Source of the DNA: Octopus bimaculoides
Lineage: Eukaryota
Assembly: GCF_001194135.2 (NCBI RefSeq)
Contig: NC_069000.1
Coordinates: 3,188,711-3,252,710, forward strand
DNA length: 64,000 bases
Reading direction: 5' to 3'
Positions 28,677 through 42,399 of the stretch are shown here, piece after piece. The notes below the pieces were generated by a model. It was given only the letters and a program-made list of their open reading frames with translations. It had not been told where the DNA came from and ran no database searches. Within the stretch, counting starts at the first letter, position 1; every line of letters starts with the position of its first letter. The position numbers and the translations under genes are program-made.

Positions 28677-29081
28677 CATAGACAAATATGCATACATCTA
28701 GATATACTCACATATACGCATATGAGGTAAAGTAATATATTCGTTCGTGTACATACATATTCTCCAAGAGGCATATACACATATACACTTTACAAAAAAT
28801 AAAAAGTATTGAAGGAAAATTTTTGTATATATATCTATGCATTTTTTTGTTTTATAAAATTTTACACATTTTATTTTTATGTTTTATTCCTGTTGTGCTT
28901 TTCCAAGCTGAAAGATAGCTATTTTCTAAAACCAATTATGCTTCAAAGCTTCCATTCTCGTCAAATTTTCTTTCTATCAAAAAGTATTGAGACACATCTG
29001 TGAACATGTACACAGTATCCCTGAGGATAGAAAACATCAGAAAAGGCAAAAACGATGGTAATATATACTTATCTATACATA

Positions 29082-29115
<34 letters not shown>

Positions 29116-29117
29116 TG

Positions 29118-29148
<31 letters not shown>

Positions 29149-29304
29149 TTGTAAAATTATTAAATGAAATAAAAATTTACTTGCAAATTTGAAAGAAAAA
29201 GTGTAAAGAAACACAAAATACATAAATTCCATCACTTTCAGACATTGCAAGAATAAAAGTTCTGATAGCTTAAAGTGTGCTGTGCGTATGTGTGTGTGCA
29301 TACG

Positions 29305-29483
29305 NNNNNNNNNNNNNNNNNNNNNNNNNNNNNNNNNNNNNNNNNNNNNNNNNNNNNNNNNNNNNNNNNNNNNNNNNNNNNNNNNNNNNNNNNNNNNNNN
29401 NNNNNNNNNNNNNNNNNNNNNNNNNNNNNNNNNNNNNNNNNNNNNNNNNNNNNNNNNNNNNNNNNNNNNNNNNNNNNNNNNNN
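29305..29483. other. Assembly gap (179 N)
   Basis: N-run between TG/TA-rich tracts. Confidence 1.
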
Positions 29484-29878
29484 ATGTATGTATATATATG
29501 TATATATATACTCGAAGAGGAATTGCTCTGACGATTGATAAGAAATTCCCCCTTAACAGGAAACCATACGTAGACTTTTTTAATAATATTTATTCACCAA
29601 TTCAGTGTTGAGTGTTCATTCTATATTGGCGTATGTAGAAGAGGAAGAGTGTCTGGATAGTCAAAAAAAAAAACATTTGGCGTTGTATGGAGGTAATAGA
29701 ATTAACTTGATGTTAATAGGTATTGATAAGTAGCGTATATATATATATTTGTATGTATGTGTAAGCAGAAACAATCCTATACACACATGCATATAACTAT
29801 ATAAACACATGCACACGCACTAACGTACAGAAACATACACATAAGACAGTCTTGCATAAACAGATATGCAGTGATATA

Positions 29879-29917
<39 letters not shown>

Positions 29918-30629
29918 TAATCAAACCATAATATTGTATAACTTAATTATCAAACCACTCTATTAACAAGCATACAAGTGACAAATAATTTTTTCTGGCT
30001 TGCGGTCTTTTATACAGCTATCTATCTTTATTATAATTATTGAAAGAAATGCACGCACACACAGATATAGGCGCACACCTATATAGCATCTTTACATATG
30101 ATATCTTAAACATATAAGCTATTGTGTGTTTGCGTGTGTGTGTGTGTGTTTGTGTTTGTGTGTGTTTGCGTGTGTGTGTGTGTGTGTGGTTTGATGTGTT
30201 TTTGTATGTTTGCATGTATAAATGTTTAATGAATGAATCAGGAAAGATAGCATATCGAAAGTTAAATACAGTTAATTAGGTAAAGTAAAAATTGTTAAGA
30301 TACGTTCATATTGTTTGAAACTGGCTACGAATGTAGGCCACTCCATACAGAAATTGCATGCACAGCATGATAAATAATTATGAATGAACACACAAATGGA
30401 AACGCTACCCATTACATTAGATAGATTTTGAGCGACAAGATGTCTGCAACGGTGGAACATTTTAAAAATACAAAAACATTAATATGAATTGAATCAAAAT
30501 GACATTATGCGAATACATGTTCGCACCTACACCGATCTACTCTTTTCTCTCTCTATCACACACACACACACATACACACACACTCGCACACGTGTGTATG
30601 CGTGTGTGTAGAAGCACATGTTTATAAAC

Positions 30630-30700
<71 letters not shown>

Positions 30701-30822
30701 TATATACAAATGTTGCTTTATGCAAGAGTGTATATGTTCATGTATTCTCACTCATATATACACACATACCTATTAAACTACTTATATAAATACTCAGTCA
30801 CACGTTTGTGCTTGTATGTATG

Positions 30823-30885
<63 letters not shown>

Positions 30886-32184
30886 GTGCTTTTGCTTGTG
30901 TGTGTGTCTATGTGCGTGTGTGTGTATATATACATATGTGTGTGTGTGTGTACGTTGGATGAGTTAATCCTTATAAATATTGTGATTACAGTTATTTTAT
31001 ATATCAAGCTTTATTTCTATACATGCATTTCATCAACATAATGGCCGTCGGTTGAAAACCTAATTTACATTAACCTCGCCGTCTACACAGATTAAATATG
31101 GCGCATTTCAATATGAATGGATTAGATGCAGAAATAATGTGACATTATGGTCACCTGTTGTGTATGTATTGCCATTTATTTCTTTGAATATTTGTTCTTA
31201 ATATTTGCTTGCGCTCTTTATATATATTTCCATATTTATTTATCTATTTATTTAGCACTAATTCGATCAAAGTTTACTGACATGCTTTTTAACAGAGATA
31301 TTGTAAATTTTATCTACTCATTATTTTCCAAATGTTTTGGGATACTTACGGAGCGTCGACGGGGTATTTGGGGCCGGGTTGAAGTACAAATGGGCTAAAC
31401 TTACACTTTATAGAGACAGAGGAGTGAGAGATAACTTGCGTAGGATGAGTGCGTATAAGATGCTTGGTGGCAGGCAATGAGTAAATGCGCTATGCTCAGT
31501 GAAAGATAAAGAACATAGAAAGAGAGAGAAACAGAAAATGACAGTAATTAAGAAGCGTTCATAATCTCATAAGTTCGAACCCTGCTGTGTGATAGGCATT
31601 ACGATTCCTAAACCCCGAGACAGAAATAAATGCCCAAGGGATGAGGTTCGTGATGTTGAGGATGTCGATGAGAACGACGGCGAAGACGGTTACTTAAGAC
31701 AAATACAAAGATACAGACCTTTATCTGGCAATTACGCAATTTAGTAAATGGAATATTCGAGAAGCTTTTCCCAAGTGGAATCTTCGCAAAGGAAATCAAT
31801 TTGTGTACTTACCTAAAAGAAAACAAAAAGAAAAATATAATTATAACATTACAAATAAAAATTATTATTACTATTTTCATTTATTAGATATAAAATTTGT
31901 TACATCAATTTCTTACTGGTATTACGATGAATTTGGGAAAATAGAAACGTGTTTTATACATATGAGAAATTTGTACTTTATATTCACTGAAGCCGAAAAT
32001 GTTGATGTAACTACTAATATGATTGTATTTGGGTTTATCGTTTCGGAACTTTGATAGTTTGTTATGATTGGGCAAGAATATGTTCGTGTTACGAAAGTAG
32101 GACAATGTGATGTGGTAGAATTCATGGGTTTTATAAGCTACAACAAAGTCTGTCAAATGCATTTAGATATAAGTGACCACGTGT

Positions 32185-32301
32185 GTTCCAGTTGATTCGA
32201 TGAACGAAAGAAGCTGTTCGTGAAATTAACGCACAAATGGGTGAGCACTGCACAGAGGCGCGTGCGTTAACGCGTGCCTTCTGAGGGAGATTCAGCATGT
32301 G
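32185..32301 (-). mobile_element. SINE family 3, tail fragment
   Basis: GTTCCAGTTGATTCGATGAACG..CGTGAAATTAACG..GAGCACTGCACAGA..GAGGGAGATTCAGC. Confidence 0.7.
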
Positions 32302-32787
32302 TTTTCGTGCATAAAGCTGTTAGCTCAAATAACTCATCGGGCTTGATAAGTTAAATCCTCTACACAGCTACTGTGCTGGAATATAATACGAGAAAACTTT
32401 TACTACAAGGAAGAAAATGAGAGTTAATATTATGTGGTTAGCCTTATACTAGAGATAGGAGGAAATAAATGTAACAAGACATGAGTAGGAACCTATGCAG
32501 TGACGGTATTAACCTCCAGACATCTAACGATTAATGTATATAATTTATAGCTCGCGGCCATGAAACACCGTTTGCATAACGAATACATGCTATAAAAATC
32601 ATTAATTTTGTTCGCATACTGGCGGTGCATGGTTAAAATCGATTATATAATGAATGATTGAGGACCCAAATGTTTAGATTTACATTGCTGACGTATGAGA
32701 GTAACGAAAGCGTCTGCGGCATCCATGTTATAATAGAAATTTGTAATTGGAAAAGTGACATATTGCAAAATTTTAATTTATATCACA

Positions 32788-32951
32788 GACGTAGGCGTCA
32801 CTGTGTGGTTATGAATCTTGCTTTGTAACCATGTGAGATTCGGGTTTCGGCCCACCGTCTGGTGACGTGGGAAATGTCTGCTACTATATTTCCTGGCCGA
32901 CGAATGTCTTCTGAGTGAATTTGGTCGGCAGAAACGGCGCTGAAGCCCACT
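32788..32951 (+). mobile_element. SINE family 2, tRNA-like head, running into a microsatellite and gap
   Basis: GTAGGCGTCACTGTGTGGTT..AACCATGTGAGATTCGGGTTTCGGCCCAC..GAATTTGGTCGGCAGAAAC..GAAGCCC. Confidence 0.7.
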
Positions 32952-33010
32952 GTGTATGTGTGTGTTATTGTATATGTGTATGTGTGTATATATATATTTA
33001 TATATATATA

Positions 33011-33493
33011 NNNNNNNNNNNNNNNNNNNNNNNNNNNNNNNNNNNNNNNNNNNNNNNNNNNNNNNNNNNNNNNNNNNNNNNNNNNNNNNNNNNNNNNNNN
33101 NNNNNNNNNNNNNNNNNNNNNNNNNNNNNNNNNNNNNNNNNNNNNNNNNNNNNNNNNNNNNNNNNNNNNNNNNNNNNNNNNNNNNNNNNNNNNNNNNNNN
33201 NNNNNNNNNNNNNNNNNNNNNNNNNNNNNNNNNNNNNNNNNNNNNNNNNNNNNNNNNNNNNNNNNNNNNNNNNNNNNNNNNNNNNNNNNNNNNNNNNNNN
33301 NNNNNNNNNNNNNNNNNNNNNNNNNNNNNNNNNNNNNNNNNNNNNNNNNNNNNNNNNNNNNNNNNNNNNNNNNNNNNNNNNNNNNNNNNNNNNNNNNNNN
33401 NNNNNNNNNNNNNNNNNNNNNNNNNNNNNNNNNNNNNNNNNNNNNNNNNNNNNNNNNNNNNNNNNNNNNNNNNNNNNNNNNNNNNNNNNNNNN
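33011..33493. other. Assembly gap (483 N)
   Basis: N-run between (TA)n and (CA)n. Confidence 1.
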
Positions 33494-33534
33494 CACACAC
33501 ACACACACACGCATGTTTGAACAAACGGAAAAAA

Positions 33535-33714
33535 GGCGCTTTATTTAGTAGGAAAGGTAGCGAAATGTTTAGCAGTAATTCGTCTCTAGTTACGTTTCGA
33601 ATTCGAATCCGCTGAGGTCGACTTTGTTATTCCTCCTTTCGGGGTCGATTAAATATGTCTGTCCTTGTTTATCCCCTCTATGTTTAGCCCCTTGTGGGCA
33701 ATAAAGAAATAAAT
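33535..33714 (+). mobile_element. SINE family 1 core with an alternative 3' tail
   Basis: Core GCTGAGGTCGACTTTG..CCTTTCGGGGTCGATT followed by TGTCTGTCCTTGTTTATCCCCTCTATGTTTAGCCCCTTGTGGGCAATAAAGAAATAA. Confidence 0.75.
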
Positions 33715-34338
33715 ATATTTACTAGGAGCTACATATTTAAAACAGTTTGATGCAGTTCCATACCACGCCCGTGCATTTGCATGTGTGTGTGTGTGTGTGT
33801 CTGTCTGTCTGTCTGAAGAGATGTAATTAAACCGACCAAAATAAAAACTATTTCTACACCTTTTTCTCCGTTGATTTATGTTGTCATTTCTTCTACTCGA
33901 TATTACTTTCTTACTTTATGATTCCAGATTCTTTGATAGACTTTGCACTGAAATAGTCTGTCGTTGTGCTTAAACTATATTTATCATATTTATCGCTACA
34001 TAACTCCTATTCTGTGATTTTAATATTAATTCCAGATTCAAATAAGTTCGTTTTTTTTATTATTTGCTTTCATTATTTTACACACATTGAATTTCTCTAT
34101 TCGAATTTTTAATATACTGAATACGCACGCACGCACACACACACACATACACACACTTATATATGTGTATGTATATACATATATATATATACAGTGTGTG
34201 TGTGGATGTCTTTGTATATAGGTGCGTGGATGTATATACTTGTTTATATTTGCATCAGTAAATGAGTACATACAAAGAGATACTTGCAGACATCGCAGTC
34301 GATTCATATCAAGATACACAATCACGAAACCAGTCCAA

Positions 34339-34370
<32 letters not shown>

Positions 34371-35529
34371 AAGCACACTCTCCCACAAGCAACTAACACA
34401 CACACAAACACACAAACTCCTACATAGGATATATAATTGTAATGGGATTTTCGCGTTGGATTCTAAGAAAGAATAATTAATTCTATAGCTGCATTTATGA
34501 TCTATAGAAATGATTTAAATCGCGAAACGGCTACATAATCAGGAATGAATACCAGAAATATTCCGAAAATAAACGAAAAGATAAAATCTTTACGACATAA
34601 TAAAAGATAAAAATCTTCAGTTTCCTATTTATTATTTATTTATGTATTTTTATTTATTTTTGCCGCTTTCTCTTTATAATATATAAAAGACCGACAGAGA
34701 GACATAGAGTTCAGAGAAATATCTAGAAATGGTGATATTTTGTATTTCTAAACTATCAATTTAAGGAGAGAGTAACGAGGCTAAACTCAGTCTTGTTCAA
34801 GAAAAGCTATGAAATAAATATTATAATTGCACACACACACAGACACACACTGATGCAGTTTTTCTCTTACACATTATTTTAATTATTATTAGTTCATTCG
34901 TCGCTGCCGTCGATGTCCGAGGATATAAGGGAGAAGAAGACGGAGAACAGTATGTCTGGCTGTGGCGAATCAATCCGATGTGTGATCAGACAGATGATCG
35001 GGCACAAGTGGCCAGTTGGAACTGAAGGCAACATGTTCGCTCTGGACTTTCGTGGTTCAGGTTTTCTTTGTATCTCAGCAATCCTGGTGTTTTATTAGAC
35101 ATACAGACATACAAAACACAGATGCCATGTACAGCTACATTTCATTGTACATATGTACTCCGATCGAAATTGATGGTATGTCCCCTAAGCTTCTAAATAT
35201 TCTACAGAGGAAAGAACGGTTCTTTTAGAGCAAACAGTGTGCATTCCACTTCTACAATACTATCTTCCGCCGAGCTAAATTGTCATTACTTCATACACAC
35301 AAGCGGGCGTATGTGTTTATGAATGTTGGTGTTTGGAGGTGTGCGAGTGATATCATTTTACTATTTTGATACAAACCTTGGAATAATCCAAGCATTCGAA
35401 AGACAAAAGAGTCACGATTCCACATATAAATATCAATAAATATTCTATCCTAATGTATTACGGTCTGGCTTGCATATTTATACTGAATTTAAGAAAAGCT
35501 AAACCGACACCACTGCCTTAATGTGTGTT

Positions 35530-35628
<99 letters not shown>

Positions 35629-35802
35629 GTGTGTATGCGTGTTTGTCACTGAGAAAAGAATATACTCTCTATAAACAGTCTATAGAATCTCTATATTCAG
35701 TCGTATCGTTTACATAGACGTATTCGTATAAGAAACATCATAACTTGTGCTGGTTGCAATGTCTGTAGAATATCCATAGAGATAACATTAGAAAGTGATT
35801 TT

Positions 35803-35852
<50 letters not shown>

Positions 35853-36835
35853 AACAAAAACGCAATAGAGGGCATTAAAACGTTCGGACAGATAGTCAAC
35901 ACAAAGGCAGACAAAAGAAACAACAATCAGAAGGACAGGCAAAAAAAAGACGAGTCATTCTTGGCTTTCTTTCATCAGTCAAGTCCCAGACGTCACGATT
36001 TATAATTAGTTTTTTATTTTAATAAACAGTTTGAAATTTCTTTTACTGTTGGAATGTCTAACGCAGAACACGGTTTCAATCTAAAAAGTTGTTTTCAACC
36101 CAGTGTTTACATACTAGTATTTCTAGCTTCCAGAACACATTTTCTATATTTTACTGACTGGAGCCATGCTGAAGGGTTCTTTCAGTTTGATTGTGTTTCT
36201 GTTCAGTACTTACTGTTCGCGCGTCTGTGTGCGTGTTTATAGTTTCTATATATATATATATATATATTGGGAAGATTAGATAGACAGTTATGTAGATAAA
36301 TAAATCGATAGAGGACTTTTGAAATGTGCAAAATATTTGTTTCAAACAGTTTAAGAGGAATTCAAAGAAGGGACTGGCTATGGTGCAGAGGAGAGATATT
36401 ATTAGTCAGTTGGTCGTTCACATGGAAGCAATAATTGTGAAGTATTGAAGACAAAAGTCAGAGAGTGTGGGGAGGGATAAAGCTGGAGCACGGACGAGAA
36501 GGAGAGATAAAGAAAGAGAGAGAAAGGAGACAAAGTCATAAAGGGGTAAGACAGTTAAAGAGTGGGCTGTTGTAGAAATTATAATCGCTCTTAAAACAGT
36601 AATGGATGAGAACAGACTGAATATGGCGCAGAAGCATAGGATGAGAAATTGAGAGACGGATAGAGAGAGAGAGAGTGAGAGAGGTGGAAGTGAGAGGTAG
36701 GAGAGAGGCTTAAGCTGAGAGAAAGACAAGAAAACAGACACAACGGCGAGTGAATGGTAATTTCTTGAAATGTCATCGTTTAAAATGAGAAAGCATTCAG
36801 GAAAATACGAGATATAGCACCCACGCCCACGTGTA

Positions 36836-36874
<39 letters not shown>

Positions 36875-37998
36875 AAACAGTGTATACAAACACACATATA
36901 GACATATTTGCAGGCATATATATATATATATTAAAAATATACGTACATGCATCTCTCTCTCTCATATATATAAGTACATAGATACACACGTGTGTGTGTG
37001 TGTGTGTGTGTGTGTGCATACCCATACACGTCTGTTGTATGTCTTAACTGCCAATACACCGACACGAATGCTCGTCTCGCACCGACCCACCAGCTCCAGG
37101 CGACAAGCCAATATTCTCTACTGGCAATGGCTACCCAATCATAACTAACTTCAGTCACGTACGTCTACTCTTCGATTACTTCTCGTAACGTTAGCAACAA
37201 ATTTCGTGCAAATCATTCTTATTGCAAATAAGGACCACATCTTCCAGCCACTGCCACGGTCACAAGCTAGAAATAGCAGCCAATTCTATACTAGCTCATA
37301 TATTAAAACACTGGAACACATTAGCAGTACTATAGTGCAAAGCTGGGAGAATAGAGGTTTAATATTCTCATGTTCGAGCAACGGGGTTAGGGAAGATTTT
37401 AGAATATATTTGTTTTGTTTTTTTGTTTTTTTTTTGTACATGGCTAGTACTGGAACCAGCTGGAAGCAACAATATAGGAAATGAACATCCGTCACTTCCG
37501 GAAAGCTGGATAAAGTTATGGTGTAGAGTCGAAAGCGCAAAGGAAAGTGAGACACCAGTAAGTGTGTGACCAACCCTCCAAACATCTTTGTGTGGGGGTT
37601 GGGGGTCGCTCTTGAGGCTTCAATGATTCTTTTTGTTGCTGCTCATGCGTTCGTTCAAGTGATAGAAATGTACATTAATATTTCTGTCGCCTGAAAGTCA
37701 CATGGGGAGAAAAGATCTGAATGGAGACGATGTTAATCATTTTAGAATAAATAAATTCTGCAGCGTGTGTTGAATATATTTTTTCCTGTTTGTTGCCCTT
37801 TACCTGAAATACATACGTATACACACGAATTTAAACAAACATACATAATCTACACAAACACATATACACTCACATGTATATGTGCATATATACAAATATG
37901 TACATATATATGTGTACATACAACACACATACATATATATACATACACGCTCACACATTAGTATATATGCACACATATATTCATATAGTTACATATAC

Positions 37999-38071
<73 letters not shown>

Positions 38072-38083
38072 AGAGAGAGAGAA

Positions 38084-38114
<31 letters not shown>

Positions 38115-38115
38115 A

Positions 38116-38151
<36 letters not shown>

Positions 38152-38506
38152 TTAAAGTGAAAGAGAAAGAGAGAGCTAAGTGATTGTGGCATACTAAAGA
38201 AAATGGCCGACTTAGAACGACAAAAAAGTAATTAGCAATAATAGTTACATTGACTGCGTCTATGTCTTGTACTCAAGCAGAGAGTTGGCCTATTTACTGT
38301 GTAAGTTGAATCATTAATTAAATACGTTAAGAAAACTGATAAAATACATGACTAGGGGTGTTTTGAGCGGGGCATTTCTCGGAGAATAAACACAAGCCGT
38401 CAATTGAAAGCCGCGAGCTATATGTAAATAGGAAGAAAAAAGAACACAAAATTAACAAAAATTAAAATAAAACTAATCAGCGTAGATTGTTTATTCCTTC
38501 TTTCTC

Positions 38507-38555
<49 letters not shown>

Positions 38556-39050
38556 TGTGTGTGTGTAAACGTATGTATATATTATATATCTATATATTAT
38601 ATATCTCAAAACACAGACACACATACCTATGTACTTAGTGGTGGGGACGTCTTAATGTGTTTTTCATACATTTTATTTCTTAGAATTTTTGTTAAGTGCT
38701 CGCTGATTTTCAGTAAAGAAACGGAAGACCCATTGTTAGAATTTCGATATCAACAACGATAAATTATCCATACCGAACTTTACCAATGTTTTAAATATTT
38801 TCCTGTTCCACTTAAAGGCTATACATGTAAACTACTTGTTAACCGGTTTCTTTCTTATCTTGAATGCCCAAGATTTAGCAGATCATCATTGCAACATTTG
38901 CTAAACTCACCAAATGGATCAATAATTATTGTTGTAAGTATATTACATGGTAAAAGAGCTGGAGGTTTTTAAATAGCTACCCGTAGCCATTCTACTTCTC
39001 TGTGATATCGTATGAAAGGTTCCTATTTGACTGTTTAGCTTCAAGAATCG

Positions 39051-39354
39051 ATGCCCCACCCACCATATTCGCGGGACATTATCCCATCTGATTATCAATT
39101 ATTCCGCAGTCTTCAAAATCAGTTCGACGGAAAAAAATATGAATTCCGTAAACGAGGTGAGAACAGTAATGGAGGAGTATTTTTCGTCACGGACAACTGA
39201 ATTTTGGAAGAGAATCCATGCAAGTCTACCAGATAGATGGAAGATCACCGTAGAAAATGAAGGAGAGAATATTTTAGATTTAAAAAGATCTATGTTTATC
39301 TTAATATTGAAAAATAGAGAAATATAAAAACACCGCATTATAGATGGGATGACC

Positions 39355-39357
<3 letters not shown>
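39051..39357 (+). mobile_element. Mariner transposase 3' remnant with right TIR
   Basis: MPHPPYSRDIIPSDYQLFRSLQNQFDGK, then a frameshift, then NMNSVNEVRTVMEEYFSSRTTEFWKRIHASLPDRWKITVENEGENILD. This is the mariner HPPYSPDLAPSD motif carrying the third catalytic D. It is followed by a TIR-like CACCGCATTATAGATGGGATGACC and TA. Confidence 0.92.
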
Positions 39358-39421
<64 letters not shown>

Positions 39422-40286
39422 TGTGTGTGTGTGTGTGTGCATATATATATGTATATATGTGTATGTATATCTATGTATAAATACGTACACATGCATACAT
39501 ATATTAGCAGGGACACGCATATGAATGTAGGCTGACGTATTTCAATTTCTCTGAATCATTTACATATATGCTTATGATTGACTCATAGATTGATTGACTA
39601 AAATACAAAAACAACACTTAAAATATAATACGAACAGGAAAACAAACGCGAAGAGGGAAAACTGGTTGGAAGTAAAGCAAATACGCAAATAAATATATTA
39701 GAACAAAAATCCAACAACAGAAAACAATAAGTGGAAAATAAGCAACAATCATTTGCTTGTGAAGAATCTGTCAGAGACTGTCTCAACAGAATTCTGCAAC
39801 AATAGAATTCTATGAATTTCGTTGTCAAAAGAAATCAGCACAATTCTGTGACATACTTTTTATAGTACAACAATTTTATTTACACATTTGTTTATATATA
39901 TAAGTATTTATTTATTTTATTTACATTATTTAGTTCACATCTCGTTCGCTAAAATCTAAATAATTAGCCACCGGAGAATGTTTTAGTTTCTCCTCTTATT
40001 TTCACCATTCTTTTTTATCTTTGTTACTATTCAGAAGCAAAAAAGAAAAAATCGAAGGAAAAAAACAAACAATGAATTGCCGCTGAAATCATTTTTTTTT
40101 ATATATAATTTTCCCTCCCTTTTCTAACCATGCTATATCCTACCCACACCCCGAGCTTCGTTCTGATTCTCTTTCCCACTCTCCACCCTTTATTCTATTC
40201 CCATCTCTCTTGATTTCTGTTGCTCTTTTCCAATTGTTCTCTATGCTAGTCACAACTAGGCTCTTTCTAACTCCATCTTTCTTTGC

Positions 40287-40346
<60 letters not shown>

Positions 40347-40890
40347 AAACCAACATATTAGAAATACAAGCGAGTCAATTTTACCTATTTCTCGTTAGAT
40401 TAAAGAAAAAAAAAATGAACAGCCTTAATTGATTTTCGACAATTATTGGGGTTTCATCAAAGGTTCCTACATAACCAATCCCGGAGAAACATATTTAATG
40501 TGCATGCATTTATGCGCACACATACACATACATATATCCATGCACATGCGGTAAAATGGATGCGTTGATTGCGCTACCGATCATTTCGCGGTTTTTATTA
40601 GTAACTTCCTCAGTTGCTTTAATGTTGACGCTCTCTCTTTCTCCCATTCTCTCTCAATTTGTATAAGTACACAGATGTACATTCTCTTTATCTTTTTACT
40701 TCTTCTCTCCCCTTGTCTTTTACGTCCCCCTTACTCTTCCTTTCTATGTCAATCTCAATATTCTATATTTCCCTTCTTAATTGACATCAATGAAAGAGTA
40801 ACATGGCAAAATTACATCTTCAATCCAGGCAATCACTCTCTGATTTCGACTTTAAACATCAGCGGAAATAATTTGGCCTACAACTAATAT

Positions 40891-41070
40891 CTATTCTTTT
40901 ATTCTTTGTCTTGTTCCAGTCATTTTCACTGTGGCCATGCTGGAGTACCACCTTTTAGTCACATAAATCAAACTCTAGACTTGTTCTTCGGAACTCTCTT
41001 ACGTTGACTTACGAGGACGTAAACACACCGAGATCGGTTGTCAAGCGATGGTGGAGGGACAAACACACAC
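40891..41070 (-). mobile_element. SINE family 2, 3' half
   Basis: ATTCTTTTATTCTT..CTGTGGCCATGCTGGAGTACC..GGACGTAAACACACC..CGGTTGTCAAGCGATGGTGGAGGGACAAACAC. Confidence 0.8.
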
Positions 41071-41073
41071 ACG

Positions 41074-41118
<45 letters not shown>

Positions 41119-41740
41119 CATGTATGGATATATTTGTGTGTGTGTATAATTATGCAAATATATATCTACAATTTTCTATATAAACAAACAAATATATACA
41201 GACACATATACACACTCACAGACATATCTGTGTGTTCTTGTATGCTTGTGTTTGTAGCGTATTCGAATGATACAAATGGCAGAATGCAGTCTGATGATAT
41301 ATATCTATATAATACTCGAGCAGGCTCAGAAAATAAAACTATTTGAACATTGTTAAGCGAAAATAACACAAAGAACACAATAGCACATTCAGCATAACCA
41401 GACTTTGCCAATAATGTCCAGCGTCCGTAATATCTAATTAATACACAAATTCAGTTTTCTGTTGATTTAGCAATTCTGAAATCTAATGAATTTGCAAAAA
41501 TAAAATGATAGAAATAATATATTGAAGGAAAATATCTATTATTAATTCAACAAATACATAATAAATTTCTAATCGAAAACGAATAACGATCCTTAAGCTG
41601 TTTACGAAAAATTCATAATGCTAAGTTACGTGTATATATATATATATATATATATAAGTTAAATAGAATGAGACAACAAAATCAAGGCTGTGTGGAATTT
41701 ATAGGATATTTTATAGTATAGATTTATAAAGAGACAGATA

Positions 41741-41788
41741 GTCTTACAGTTGTTTCTGAGATATTAGGGATATCACTTCATCAGAGAG
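41741..41788 (-). ncRNA. Minimal type-I hammerhead motif, family B copy 2 (core intact)
   Basis: Minus strand: CTCT-CTGATGA-A-GTGATAT(CCCTA)ATATCTC-A-GAAA-CAACTG-TA-AGAC; GUA cleavage triplet. Confidence 0.7.
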
Positions 41789-42169
41789 AGTTAAGAGACC
41801 AAGAAGTAAAACTTCCTTCAAGGCAGAGCTGGAAATGGAATTGTCAAGTAGGTAAGAGGTTTTAAACAGGTGCGATATATTTGAAATTAGTAAGACTAAA
41901 AATTGTCGAAGATAAATTAATTTTATTGTTGTAACTGAATATGTTGGTTTTATTTAATTTCTGAACGGTTTTGCAGCCGTTTGTTTATGTAGTTTGATTT
42001 CTTTATCCATCAGTTTCTACTAGGAGAGAGACGAGAGTAAAATTAATAATAGAGATACGAAAATAAAACTTTGGAAACAGCAACGCCGCCATAGCATACG
42101 TGGAAACCATGAGATAACCAGGGAAAGACTTGAAAGTCAACGTAAGATCGTAACACTTCATGTAAAAAT

Positions 42170-42362
42170 AAATATAAGAAATAATCTAGAATCCTTGTAC
42201 GGTACAGGTACGATCCAAAAATCTAATCGGTTCGTACCAGTCACGAGGCCAAAACATCCCGAAAGTTTCATTCGAATCCATCTAGCGGTTCTTGAGATAT
42301 CTTGTCCACAGACAAATCCGACTGAAAACAATACGACTGCTTTGCTAAAGCGGAGGTAATGA
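42170..42362 (+). mobile_element. Probable Helentron/HINE-like non-autonomous element, 3' part
   Basis: Ends GAAAACAATAC..CTTTGCTAAAGCGGAGGTAAT, resembling the AAAACA-T-ACCTCC..GGCGGAGGTAA hairpin terminus of HINE-type elements (recognised from memory). Confidence 0.45.
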
Positions 42363-42399
42363 TAATATTCCTTCCTTAATAATAATAATCATCATCATA

